NCBI GenBank assembly: GCA_963675665.1 | Contig: OY776510.1 | Coordinates: forward strand, 2,688,001-2,752,000 | Direction of reading: 5' to 3' | DNA length: 64,000 bases | From: Spirochaetia bacterium | GTDB lineage: Bacteria; Spirochaetota; Spirochaetia; UBA9216 | In this document: positions 1-9,717 of the stretch, piece after piece | Layout of the letters: each line of letters opens with the position of its first letter | Numbering within the stretch: the first letter of the stretch is position 1 | Made by a program: the position numbers and the translations under genes | The notes under the pieces: model-generated | What the model was told of the DNA's origin: nothing | What the model saw: only the letters and a program-made list of their open reading frames with translations | The model's database searches: none

Positions 1-2
1 TA

Positions 3-395
3 TGGTTGACGCCGACGCTCGATACGCTGCAGTTTCTTATCGGAAAATACAAAAACAAATCCTGTCCGAAACCTCTGCTGATGGCGCTTGAGCTGATTCA
101 CCAGAAATATATGGAACCTGTTCAGCTGACTGATATAGCCGGTTTGTGCAATGTATCGACAAGCTACCTGAGCAGACTCTTTTCCCGGCATCTCGACACA
201 AATTTCAACGAGTATTTTAACCGTTACAGGATAAAACAGGCAGTAGAACTGCTTAAAAATACAAATCTCTCAATCAAGGAAATATCTTATAAAGTAGGAT
301 ATTCCGATCCGAATTATTTCAGCAGAATATTCCGTAAATATATGAATATTTCCCCGTCGGATCTTGGAATCAGGAGGATAAATTATGAAATTTAA
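3..395 (+). CDS. AraC-family regulator C-terminal HTH (5'-truncated by window; possibly YesN-like response regulator)
   Basis: AraC signature 'LSIKEISYKVGYSDPNYFSRIFRKYMNISP'; frame open from window start. Confidence 0.9.
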   Translation, partial: WLTPTLDTLQFLIGKYKNKSCPKPLLMALELIHQKYMEPVQLTDIAGLCNVSTSYLSRLFSRHLDTNFNEYFNRYRIKQAVELLKNTNLSIKEISYKVGYSDPNYFSRIFRKYMNISPSDLGIRRINYEI

Positions 396-1431
396 AAAAT
401 ATATTTTGTTTATCGTTTTGGTTGTTTGTATATTGCTGACCGGGATTTCCTGCAAAAAAGACAAGCAGCAGGATGATGATACAATACGCATCGGTTTTTC
501 GGCAGCAACGGATACTTTTCTTCTGGAACGGTGGGACCGCGATATAAAGATTTTTACAAATGTGGCAAGAGAACTGGGTGCAGAAGTAATTTTTGCCAAG
601 TCGCCGGGAAATGCACAGGGACAAATCCCGCAGATCCAGTACCTTCTTGATCACAACATAGATGTTCTTGTTGTTATTCCCCAGGATATGGAGCTTCTGG
701 CCGGGGTTATTAAAAAAATAATGGACAAAGGTATTCCTGTTCTGTCCTATGACCGGCCGATTATGGGTGTTCCCATTACCGGATATGTGTCTTTCGACAA
801 CAGGGAAGTCGGCAGACTGCTTGCCGGTGCGCTGATATCGGAAAAGCCGTCCGGTAATTATCTGATTGTTAACGGTTCAATTCACGACAACAACAGTTTT
901 GAAGTAAATGCAGGAGTTCATGAAATCCTTGATCCCTATATCGAGAGCGGAAAAATTACGCTGTATGATGAAATATGGCTGGATCTTTGGAGTTTTGATG
1001 AAGCAAGGGAAAAGATCGGTATAGTCCTTGAAGAAACCCGGGATATAGACGCCATATCCGCAGCCAACGACGCAATAGCCGGCGCTGCCGTCAGCCTGTT
1101 GTCTGAACTCAGGCTGGCGGGGAAGGTAGCTGTTGTCGGACAGGATGCTGATCTTCTGGCCTGTCAGAGGGTTGTTGAAGGATTGCAGCTAATGACTGTT
1201 TATAAACCTATTCCGCGGCTCGCGCAAAGGGCGGCGGAACTTGCTGTGGGAATGGCAAAAGGAGAGATCCCTGAACCCGAGCAGTACCTGGAAAATAACA
1301 GCATTGCAGAAATTCCGTTTTTTGTTGAAACCCCGATCGCTGTTTCTGCAGATCAGATGGACCAGACGGTTATCAGGGATGCTTTTCATTCCCGCGAAGA
1401 CGTTTACAGAAACCTGCAAGGACAGAATTGA
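385..1431 (+). CDS. XylF-like sugar-binding lipoprotein (possible sensory SBP)
   Basis: Lipobox-like GISC; 'ERWDRD', 'SYDR', 'AANDAIA', 'VVGQDAD', 'MTVYKP' motifs of XylF/ChvE class; overlaps AraC stop. Confidence 0.88.
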   Translation: MKFKKYILFIVLVVCILLTGISCKKDKQQDDDTIRIGFSAATDTFLLERWDRDIKIFTNVARELGAEVIFAKSPGNAQGQIPQIQYLLDHNIDVLVVIPQDMELLAGVIKKIMDKGIPVLSYDRPIMGVPITGYVSFDNREVGRLLAGALISEKPSGNYLIVNGSIHDNNSFEVNAGVHEILDPYIESGKITLYDEIWLDLWSFDEAREKIGIVLEETRDIDAISAANDAIAGAAVSLLSELRLAGKVAVVGQDADLLACQRVVEGLQLMTVYKPIPRLAQRAAELAVGMAKGEIPEPEQYLENNSIAEIPFFVETPIAVSADQMDQTVIRDAFHSREDVYRNLQGQN

Positions 1432-1506
1432 TGTAAAGATTATCCAGACAGGTTCCGCATATTCTTTTTAAATATCAAAAACCGGCTTGATTTACAAAAC
1501 AATTCC

Positions 1507-1520
1507 TGTATCACGATACA
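1507..1520. promoter_or_regulatory. Palindrome TGTATC-AC-GATACA upstream of sugar ABC operon (candidate operator)
   Basis: Perfect 6-bp inverted repeat about 50 nt upstream of the ATG at 1569. Confidence 0.35.
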
Positions 1521-1568
1521 ATTTCACGTAATAGAATTAATAAACTATTTTTATAAAAGGAGAACATT

Positions 1569-2675
1569 ATGAAAAAAGCATTATTGGTTCTGTTTTTCAC
1601 GATGATCATCGTGGGAATGCCTTTATTTGCAGGGGGACAGTCGGAAGGCGAGCAGAAATTTATCGGGATAGCCATGCCTGAAACTCATGTAGCCAGATGG
1701 GTCACCGACGGCGAAAAGCTTAAAGAAAATGCAATAGCATTAGGCTATAAGGCAGAAGTAACTTTTGGCGATGCAGATCAGACCAAACAGAACAAACAAA
1801 TCGAAGACTTTATAACAAAAGGAATAGATTTACTTGTTGTTGCAAGCATAAATACAGGTGTTAATACTGTGCTTGCAGATGCTGCGAGCGAAGGAATAGA
1901 GATTATTTCTTACGACCGTCTTTTGATGGATTCAGGTGATTTCAATTACTATATGACATTCAACCTGAAAAAAGTAGGTTTTCTCCAGGCAACAGCCATT
2001 GTTGAGGCGCTTGATCTGGATAATGTTTCCGAACCGCAGTATATAACCCTGTTTGCGGGATCACCGACCGACAATAACGCGTACTTCTTCTATGACGGAG
2101 CAATGGAAGTATTGAATCCGTATATCGACAAGGGCAAGCTGATTGTGGTAGGTCCTTACCCGAAAACATCCGCCGACAAAGCCAATTTTCAGCGAATTGC
2201 AACAGAAGGCTGGAGGGCTGAAGAGGCAAAAGCCAGGATGGAAAACCTGCTTACAAACGATGCGAAAGACGTTGTGCTTGATGCTGTACTTGCGCCGAAC
2301 GATCCCGTAGGACGCGCAATTGTTGAAGCATGTTCAAATGACGCGAAATATGATACAATTGCCAAACTTCCGGTTGTAACAGGACAGGACGGAGAACTGG
2401 CTACAGTCCAGTATATCTCTGAAAACAAACAGTATATGACTGTTTTCAAGGATTCCAGACTTCTTGCCGAAGCGACCATTCAACTTGCCGACGCCATTCT
2501 CAAGGGTGCAACACCGAAGATTCCGGGAACTGAAAAAACAACATTCGACACCAATGTCAAGGACGTAACCACATATCTGCTTGATCCGATTCTGGTTACA
2601 AAAGAAAATCTGAAGGAAATAATTGTAGACAGCGGATATTACACCGACGAGCAATTATCAACCATCGGTTACTAG
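1569..2675 (+). CDS. chvE: Multiple monosaccharide ABC transporter substrate-binding protein (ChvE-like)
   Basis: 'IGIAMP..RWVTDG', 'ISYDRL', 'FAGSPTDNNAYFFYDGAM', 'VTGQD', 'QYMTVFKDSR'; SD AGGAG. Confidence 0.88.
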   Translation: MKKALLVLFFTMIIVGMPLFAGGQSEGEQKFIGIAMPETHVARWVTDGEKLKENAIALGYKAEVTFGDADQTKQNKQIEDFITKGIDLLVVASINTGVNTVLADAASEGIEIISYDRLLMDSGDFNYYMTFNLKKVGFLQATAIVEALDLDNVSEPQYITLFAGSPTDNNAYFFYDGAMEVLNPYIDKGKLIVVGPYPKTSADKANFQRIATEGWRAEEAKARMENLLTNDAKDVVLDAVLAPNDPVGRAIVEACSNDAKYDTIAKLPVVTGQDGELATVQYISENKQYMTVFKDSRLLAEATIQLADAILKGATPKIPGTEKTTFDTNVKDVTTYLLDPILVTKENLKEIIVDSGYYTDEQLSTIGY

Positions 2676-2693
2676 GATTAACCGGAAATATTG

Positions 2694-2720
2694 AGCGGCG
2701 TTATATAACGCCGCTTTTAT
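2694..2720 (+). terminator. Intra-operon hairpin / partial terminator after SBP gene
   Basis: AGCGGCGTTA-TA-TAACGCCGCT followed by TTTAT. Confidence 0.7.
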
Positions 2721-2746
2721 AGATTTTCTAAGTACAGGAAAACATA

Positions 2747-4297
2747 GTGAATGAAAAATACATTCTTGAAGTAAAAAATTTAACCAAGGAATTTCCCGGC
2801 GTTATGGCGCTTGACGATGTCAACCTGAAAGTAAAAAAAGGAGAGATTCACTGTATTTGCGGCGAGAACGGGGCCGGGAAATCAACCCTCATGAATGTAA
2901 TAAGCGGGGTCTTTCCTCACGGAGACTTTGCCGGGCAGGTTTTTTTTCATGGTGAAGAAACAAATTTTAAAAGTGTTAAGGACAGCGAGAATAAAAACCT
3001 GGCTATCATACATCAGGAATTGTCCCTGAGCCCCTACTTGTCAATTTATGAAAATATATTCCTGGGTCATATAAAATCAAGAACGGGTATCATAAACTGG
3101 TCAAAGCTGATTGTGGATTCTAAGATCTATCTTGAAAGAGTCGGCCTGGATGAAGACCCTGATACCATAGTAAGCCGGATGGGCGTCGGAAAACAGCAGC
3201 TTGTTGAAATCGCAAGGGCATTGTCAAAAAAAGTCGAACTTCTCATTCTGGACGAGCCGACATCATCGTTAAACGATTCTGAAAGCGAAAAGCTTCTGCA
3301 GCTTATACTCGGTCTGAAAAATGAAGGGATTACCTGCATTATGATCTCACATAAATTGAACGAGATCCTTGAAATTGCGGACAGTATTACAACCCTCAGA
3401 GACGGGAAAACAATAAACAGCTATGATGCAAAAAACGATAATGTAACCGAGGCTGTATTGATAAAGGATATTGTCGGCCGTGATATGACCCACCGTTTTC
3501 CGGAAAAGAAACATAAAATTGATGAGGAAATAGTCTTGGAGGTAAAGGACTGGACTGTATATCATCCGGAATATCCGGATCTGGCTGTGGTTAAAAACGC
3601 TTCGTTTCATCTGAGAAAAGGAGAAATCCTCGCGTTCTGCGGCCCGATGGGAGCAGGCAGAACCGAGCTGATGATGAGCATTTTCGGGAAATCGTACGGA
3701 TCAAGGTGTTCCGGCTCGGTTTTTGTGAATGGAAAGGAGATGAACTTTCATACGCCGAAGGATGCCGTTGATGCCGGTGTCGGATATGTCTCGGAGGATC
3801 GTAAAGCCCTGGGATTAATCCTGATTCAGGATATAAAAACCAATATATCCAACTCCAGTCTGAAAAAACTTTCCAGCTACGGAGTGATTAAAAAGAACCA
3901 GGAGATCAGGGAAGCGGAAAAATATCGCAAAGCCCTGAATATAAAAACCCCTTCGGTTGATCAGATAGTTAAAAATCTCAGCGGCGGAAATCAGCAGAAG
4001 GTTGTTCTCAGCCGATGTCTGCTTGCCGACCCGCTGATATTTATTGTCGATGAACCTACAAGAGGCATCGACGTCGGGGCCAAATACGAAATCTACTGTA
4101 TTCTGAATGATCTGGTCAGTCAGGGGAAAAGCATTATTATGGTTTCTTCTGAAATGCCGGAAGCAATAGGAATGGCTGACAGGATTTATGTAATGAATCA
4201 TGGAGTAATCAAAGGTGAAATTAACCGGGAAGATGCTTCTCAGGAAAAGATAATGACGATAGCACTGCAGAAAATTCAGGAGAAAGAAGATGATTAA
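2747..4297 (+). CDS. gguA: Sugar ABC transporter ATP-binding protein (two ABC domains)
   Basis: GENGAGKST Walker A, 'LILDEPT', 'LSGGNQQKV', 'DEPTRGIDVGAKYEIY'. Confidence 0.9.
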   Translation: MNEKYILEVKNLTKEFPGVMALDDVNLKVKKGEIHCICGENGAGKSTLMNVISGVFPHGDFAGQVFFHGEETNFKSVKDSENKNLAIIHQELSLSPYLSIYENIFLGHIKSRTGIINWSKLIVDSKIYLERVGLDEDPDTIVSRMGVGKQQLVEIARALSKKVELLILDEPTSSLNDSESEKLLQLILGLKNEGITCIMISHKLNEILEIADSITTLRDGKTINSYDAKNDNVTEAVLIKDIVGRDMTHRFPEKKHKIDEEIVLEVKDWTVYHPEYPDLAVVKNASFHLRKGEILAFCGPMGAGRTELMMSIFGKSYGSRCSGSVFVNGKEMNFHTPKDAVDAGVGYVSEDRKALGLILIQDIKTNISNSSLKKLSSYGVIKKNQEIREAEKYRKALNIKTPSVDQIVKNLSGGNQQKVVLSRCLLADPLIFIVDEPTRGIDVGAKYEIYCILNDLVSQGKSIIMVSSEMPEAIGMADRIYVMNHGVIKGEINREDASQEKIMTIALQKIQEKEDD

Positions 4298-5495
4298 TAA
4301 AAACGAAAGCGCCCTTGGGAATTTCCTGGAATTGGCGCGATCAAATATGCGAAAATATACAATGTTTATAATTCTCGGAATTATAATGGCGATTTTCGCT
4401 TTCGGGACATCGGGAGTGAATCTTAATCCGCGAAACTTCACTTTTATTTTTGTGCAGAACAGTTATATTCTGATTCTGGCAACCGGAATGGTTCTGGTAA
4501 TAATAATCGGAAATATTGATCTTTCGGTCGGATCGGTTACGGCCTTTACCGGAGCTGTATCGGTTATTTTATATAATGCAGGCTGCAATTTCTTTACAAC
4601 CATAGTACTTACAATCCTTCTGGGTCTGCTTGTCGGAGTTTACCAGGGCTACTGGATTGCTTTTGTAAAGATTCCTGCATTTATTGTTACGCTGTCGGGT
4701 TATCTGATGTTTCGCGGACTTACATATCTTGTAACTAATGTTACTCCGATAACCCCCAGAACGGATGTTTTCAAAAATACAGCTTCAGGAACAGTGAATT
4801 TCCTGTCGATGGATCTCGGCGGAGGCGGAGATGTTATTCATCTTCTTCCTGTTCTGCTTGGAATAGTCATTGTACTGTTTATAATATTTTTTAGTATCAA
4901 TGACAGGCGTACAAAAATTAAAAACGGGTTTAAAATTCTGCCGATTGGTTATTTCCTGCTGAAACAGGTCTTTATCTCGGGAATACTATTGTTATTATGC
5001 GTACAGTTTACCCGGTACCGCGGGCTGCCTAATGTTTTTGTCATACTTGGAATAACGGTTCTGGTTTTTACCTTTCTTACAAAGAACACTGTTTTCGGCC
5101 GGTATATCTACGCTGTAGGAGGAAATGCCAGAAGCGCCAAGCTGTCGGGAATTAATTCCGAAAAAGTGGTTTTCCTGGTTCATGTGATAATGGGCGGTCT
5201 TTGCGGCCTTTCAGGAATTGTTTTTACAGGCTATATGAATTCGGCACTTCCCGACGCAGGAATACTGTTTGAGATGGACGCCATCGGCGCATGTTTTATC
5301 GGCGGTGCATCAGCCTCGGGTGGTATCGGTACCATTATCGGCGCCATAATGGGAGGTCTGGTTATGGGCGTTATCAATAACGGACTTTCACTGATGAATG
5401 TCGGGGCTAACTGGCAGTATATCGTTAAAGCGTCGGTTCTGTTGCTGGCAGTATGGTATGATGTGTACTCAAGGAGAAAGTCCGGATTGGGTTGA
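4290..5495 (+). CDS. gguB: Sugar ABC transporter permease
   Basis: 'IDLSVGS', 'IPAFIVTL', 'FGRYIYAVGGN', 'FIGGASASGG'; multiple TM segments. Confidence 0.9.
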   Translation: MINKNESALGNFLELARSNMRKYTMFIILGIIMAIFAFGTSGVNLNPRNFTFIFVQNSYILILATGMVLVIIIGNIDLSVGSVTAFTGAVSVILYNAGCNFFTTIVLTILLGLLVGVYQGYWIAFVKIPAFIVTLSGYLMFRGLTYLVTNVTPITPRTDVFKNTASGTVNFLSMDLGGGGDVIHLLPVLLGIVIVLFIIFFSINDRRTKIKNGFKILPIGYFLLKQVFISGILLLLCVQFTRYRGLPNVFVILGITVLVFTFLTKNTVFGRYIYAVGGNARSAKLSGINSEKVVFLVHVIMGGLCGLSGIVFTGYMNSALPDAGILFEMDAIGACFIGGASASGGIGTIIGAIMGGLVMGVINNGLSLMNVGANWQYIVKASVLLLAVWYDVYSRRKSGLG

Positions 5496-5522
5496 TTGCA
5501 ATTTGGGTATGAGTCTTTATGT

Positions 5523-5556
5523 AAAAGCAAACCCCGCTTGGTGTGCGGGGTTTTTT
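5523..5556. terminator. Rho-independent terminator, probably bidirectional
   Basis: AAACCCCGC-N7-GCGGGGTTT with T-run after and A-rich run before, between convergent genes. Confidence 0.85.
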
Positions 5557-5562
5557 GCATCT

Positions 5563-6684
5563 TTACTCAATCAGCTGTGCCATCGATAAAAGTGCATTCT
5601 CACTTTCAATTTCAATTATTGCTCCTGAATATAAGCACTTGAGTTCTTTCCCGGAGGCGTGGTTTATTGTTAAATTTATATTATGAATCTCATTCTTCCC
5701 GCTGAATTCCTTTAGCAGCTTGTCCCGCTGTTCAGCCGAGATTACTCCTATATCAACGGAAGTCCTGCCTATGGCTTTTTCATGGTTATAACCTGTAAGT
5801 TTTATGAAAGAATCATTTATTTCAAAGATAGTGCCGTCGGAAGCTCTGCTTATGGACATCAGCGCGGGGGTATGGCTGAAAGCGGAACGGAACAGTTTTT
5901 CCGAAGCTTCCAGTTTTTTATTGGTTAATTTCTGTTCAGTTATATCGTTGCCGATACACAGAATATACATTTGGTTTCCGTTATGATCAAAAACCGCCTT
6001 GTTATACCATTGCATCCAGAGAATTTTTCCGTCTTTTGTTAAATTCTCATTTTCATTATATTTGTAGTTTGCAGGGTTGGAGAATATCTTTTGTATAAGT
6101 TCCCTGTGATTAGAGCCGTCCGCGCCTGTTTCAGGATTAATGCTGTCGGCGCTGTGTTTCCCAAGAACTTCTTCCTGTCTGAATCCGAATATTCTTTCAG
6201 CGCCTTTACTGAAAAAGATAATCTTTCCCTCTCTATCTACTTTGATAATCGCCAATTCTGCGCCGTCGATAATTTCACGGTATTCTATTTCACTTTTTTT
6301 TATCAGGGAATGAGCTTTAAACAGCTCGATAGCCATTGTAATTGCTTCAACCAGAACAAAATTACCGGAATTCTTGATTACATATCCGTAACGGGTAATG
6401 CCTTTAACCTTTTCAACCATGTCACGTTCGTTATGTCCGGTAACAAAGATAATCGGCAAATCTCTTATTGAAAGTATTTTTTTTGCAGCCTGGGTTCCGT
6501 CCAAACCTTCGCCCAGATCTATATCCATCAGAACCAGGTTAATATCATGATCAGTAATTATGATATTGACTGATTCTTCTCCGGTATGACAGTGAACAAC
6601 CTCAAAACCATTCTCTTCCAGGAGAAGTTGTTGATTGAGGGCTATAATAGCTTCATCTTCGACAAGTAAAATTTTTACGCCCAT
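5563..6684 (-). CDS. Response regulator with REC + two PAS domains, no output domain
   Basis: 'KILLVEDE', 'LVLMDIDL', 'IIFVTGH', then two PAS repeats; start taken at MGVKILL. Confidence 0.85.
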   Translation of the reverse strand: MGVKILLVEDEAIIALNQQLLLEENGFEVVHCHTGEESVNIIITDHDINLVLMDIDLGEGLDGTQAAKKILSIRDLPIIFVTGHNERDMVEKVKGITRYGYVIKNSGNFVLVEAITMAIELFKAHSLIKKSEIEYREIIDGAELAIIKVDREGKIIFFSKGAERIFGFRQEEVLGKHSADSINPETGADGSNHRELIQKIFSNPANYKYNENENLTKDGKILWMQWYNKAVFDHNGNQMYILCIGNDITEQKLTNKKLEASEKLFRSAFSHTPALMSISRASDGTIFEINDSFIKLTGYNHEKAIGRTSVDIGVISAEQRDKLLKEFSGKNEIHNINLTINHASGKELKCLYSGAIIEIESENALLSMAQLIE

Positions 6685-6871
6685 ATCAGAATATAATAAT
6701 GCAAAACGGCCCAAATGTAAATTATAACGTAACACCGCAGAAAGCAATAATCATCAGCCGAAGGATGCCCGGAAAATAAGCACTTGAAGACTGGTTGATG
6801 ATTATGATATATAGTAATAGCAGCATGAATAATTAATATTTCAGCCGAGACTGAATGAACAGGATAGGGTA

Positions 6872-7705
6872 ATGTCCGATATGAAAAACTACGATCCAAA
6901 GCTTTCATACTCAGAACTTGGAAAAACAATTTCCAAGCTCGGTGAGAAAAAGGCAAATTCCAGACCCTGGCAGCTGTTTCTGCTGGGAATCCTTGCAGGA
7001 GTTTATATTAGTATCGGCGGGCATCTTTTTCTCGTTGCACTCAATGAAGGACTGGGAAAGATTGTCGGAGGGGCAGTTTTCGCGGTCGGGTTGATTCTTG
7101 TAGTTATTGCCGGCGCCGAGTTGTTCACCGGAAATGTTCTTATGCTCGTCGGCGCCGTAACGCGGCATTACAGTTTCAGGAAACTTATTCGCAACTGGGT
7201 GTTTGTATATGTCGGGAATTTTGTCGGCGCCGTGGTTTATACCTGGCTGGTGTACCGTGCCGGGCTGTTCGGACAGCCTGTTTCAATCTTCGGCGGTGTT
7301 ACGGATCCCGGCAGCATAGGCACTCTGGCCGCAGGCATTGCCGCTAAAAAGCTTGCTTTACCGTTCGGGCAGGCCCTGATACGAGGCATTTTCTGCAATA
7401 TGCTGGTTATTCTGGCGGTTATAATGTCGGCGATGGCTCGCGATATTGTATCGAAAATGCTCTGTTGTATTGTGCCGGTAATGGCGTTTGTGGCCCTGGG
7501 CTTCGAGCACTGCGTTGCAAATATGTTTCTAATCCCTATAGGGTTATTCACAGAAGGCGCTTCATTTCAGCAGCATCTGTCAATCTGGGGTAATATTCTT
7601 CCGGTCACGCTCGGTAATATAATCGGGGGCGTATTTATCCTGTTTATACATCCCAACAGAATTCGCCAGATAAGGAACCTGCTTCGCAGCCGCCGGGGGA
7701 AATAA
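6872..7705 (+). CDS. Formate/nitrite transporter (FNT family)
   Basis: 'GAELFTGN', 'GIFCNMLV', 'FVALGFEHCVANM', 'VTLGNIIGG'. Confidence 0.93.
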   Translation: MSDMKNYDPKLSYSELGKTISKLGEKKANSRPWQLFLLGILAGVYISIGGHLFLVALNEGLGKIVGGAVFAVGLILVVIAGAELFTGNVLMLVGAVTRHYSFRKLIRNWVFVYVGNFVGAVVYTWLVYRAGLFGQPVSIFGGVTDPGSIGTLAAGIAAKKLALPFGQALIRGIFCNMLVILAVIMSAMARDIVSKMLCCIVPVMAFVALGFEHCVANMFLIPIGLFTEGASFQQHLSIWGNILPVTLGNIIGGVFILFIHPNRIRQIRNLLRSRRGK

Positions 7706-7882
7706 TACGTTTCTGTAAAGCCTGTTTGCAGTTTGCAAGAAAACTTTGATTTGTCCGAAACCCTGATTTTCAGCCGGTTCATACACTTATATACGATTAT
7801 AAACTGAAATGGTTGAGAAATTTGAAAAAAAAATTGTCAGAATTTGATTTTATAAAAGTTTTTTCTATAATTAATTATATAA

Positions 7883-9700
7883 ATGAAAAAAACTCTCGCT
7901 TTAATATTAATAATGTCAGGTATATTTCTTATCTATATGCTGGACAGGGCTGAGGTTGAAAACAACCGCGAGGTATTGCAGAGTGAACTTTCAGGTGAAG
8001 CTGATCTGGTTATGGTTCTTCTTGAAAATGCCGTCAATATTCGTATAAGCAATACCATATGCCTGAAAGCTTTGTATGAACTTCGCCCTGATATCACCGA
8101 GGAAGAATTTGCCGGGTATGCAGCAGGTATTATGGAAGATAACCCTGCCGTCAGAGCTTTGCAGCTGACCGACAGCAACACCCAGGTTATTTACGTATAC
8201 CCGCCCAGAGGCAACGAGATAACGATAACCGAACCAATGGTTCTTCTGTCGGATCCGCAGCGCGCAAAATATACCGAAAAGGCTATCGGACAAAAAACCA
8301 TGACTGTTCAGCCCCCCTTCGAATTAAGGCAGGGAGGGCTTGGTATTGTAGCACGAAACCCGGTTTTTGCAGATGATGTTTTTCTCGGGATGGCGATAGC
8401 CGTAATCGATATAGATGAAATAATTAACGACGTTATCAGCAGGACCGATACAGACAGATTTCATTTGCATCTGACTGATGCTGAAAACAATGAATTTTAC
8501 CATAACTGTCCGAACGAGCGTATGCTTGTAGAAGAGCGAAAAATCAATTTTGCCGATTCTTTCTGGATCTTGAAGCTTCACATTGCCGATTCAGCTGCAA
8601 ACTTGGGATGGATTCAAAGAATTAAAATAGATGCAATGGCGGCTTCGGTACTTTTTCTTCTATTATTTGTAATATATCTGTTCAGAAACAAATCGGTATT
8701 CCTTGAAAATGAAGTTAGTAAACGCAGTTTTGAATTATCTGAAACTGAAAATAGGTTCGAACTCGCAATCGAAAATACAAATGCAGGTTATTTTTCTGTT
8801 GATACTGAAGGCCGGTACAATCAGGTCAACCAGGCATGGCTTGAAATGCATGGATATAAACAAAAGGAAGATATCCTGGGGCAGTCTTTCCTTAAAACGC
8901 AGACTTCCGAAGAGGCAGAAGAGGCTGCGGGTATTGTTGAAAAACTGTTGGCCGGTGAAGTATTTAAAAAAGGTGAGGCTTCACGGTTATGCAGCGACGG
9001 TTCCGTGAAATACCATACCTTTACCGCAGCTCCTGTATACAGAGACGGAAAAATAACAGGGTTTGAAGGTTTTATCTTTGATATAACCGAACGAAAAGCG
9101 GCTGAAGACGAAAAAGATTTCCTGATGAGAGAGCTTAACCACAGGGTCAAGAATAATCTGCTGATGGTTAATTCACTTGTTCACCTTAAGGATACGGCGC
9201 TGGGTGCTTCTGCCGACCTGTCCGATATAATACACCAGATCGATTCAATTCGTTTGATTCATGAAAAACTCTACCTCAGCGGCGATTTCTCGGGAATCCA
9301 TGTTAATGATTACTTCCGGGAGCTTCTGGAAGCAATCTTTTATTCGTTTACTGCTGTCCCTGTTGAGCTTAAATATAATGTTGAGCCGATTGTAATTGAA
9401 ACCAAGACGGCAGTAACGCTTGGTCTTCTGATAAACGAGGTTGCCACAAATGCTGTTAAACATGCCTATGGTAATATGACCGACGGCTGGTTCAGGATTG
9501 AATTTGTTAAAAACAAGACTGCCGATGAGTATATTCTCAGATTGTCCAACAACGGTATTGCTTTTCGTGAAGATATAACTCTTGCTCATTCCGGAACCCT
9601 GGGACTGAGGCTGATTTCAGCTCTTACTGCCCAGATGAAAGGGAACATTATACTGAAAAAGCAGCCGGTAACCCTGTTCGAAATTAGAATCCCGGTTTAA
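7883..9700 (+). CDS. Membrane sensor histidine kinase CHASE-PAS-HisKA_2/HATPase
   Basis: Two TM flanking CHASE-like 'PPFELRQGGLGIVARNPVF'; 'ELNHRVKNNL'; 'NEVATNAVKHA'; 'TLGLRLI'. Confidence 0.88.
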   Translation: MKKTLALILIMSGIFLIYMLDRAEVENNREVLQSELSGEADLVMVLLENAVNIRISNTICLKALYELRPDITEEEFAGYAAGIMEDNPAVRALQLTDSNTQVIYVYPPRGNEITITEPMVLLSDPQRAKYTEKAIGQKTMTVQPPFELRQGGLGIVARNPVFADDVFLGMAIAVIDIDEIINDVISRTDTDRFHLHLTDAENNEFYHNCPNERMLVEERKINFADSFWILKLHIADSAANLGWIQRIKIDAMAASVLFLLLFVIYLFRNKSVFLENEVSKRSFELSETENRFELAIENTNAGYFSVDTEGRYNQVNQAWLEMHGYKQKEDILGQSFLKTQTSEEAEEAAGIVEKLLAGEVFKKGEASRLCSDGSVKYHTFTAAPVYRDGKITGFEGFIFDITERKAAEDEKDFLMRELNHRVKNNLLMVNSLVHLKDTALGASADLSDIIHQIDSIRLIHEKLYLSGDFSGIHVNDYFRELLEAIFYSFTAVPVELKYNVEPIVIETKTAVTLGLLINEVATNAVKHAYGNMTDGWFRIEFVKNKTADEYILRLSNNGIAFREDITLAHSGTLGLRLISALTAQMKGNIILKKQPVTLFEIRIPV

Positions 9701-9717
9701 ATTAGTCCTTTCAGTGA

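Noticed and set aside
3815-4441. Long antisense or alternate-frame ORFs (also 53549-54070, 62007-62492, 16924-17376)
   Set aside because: They lie within strong genes, show no motifs or RBS, and are expected shadow ORFs
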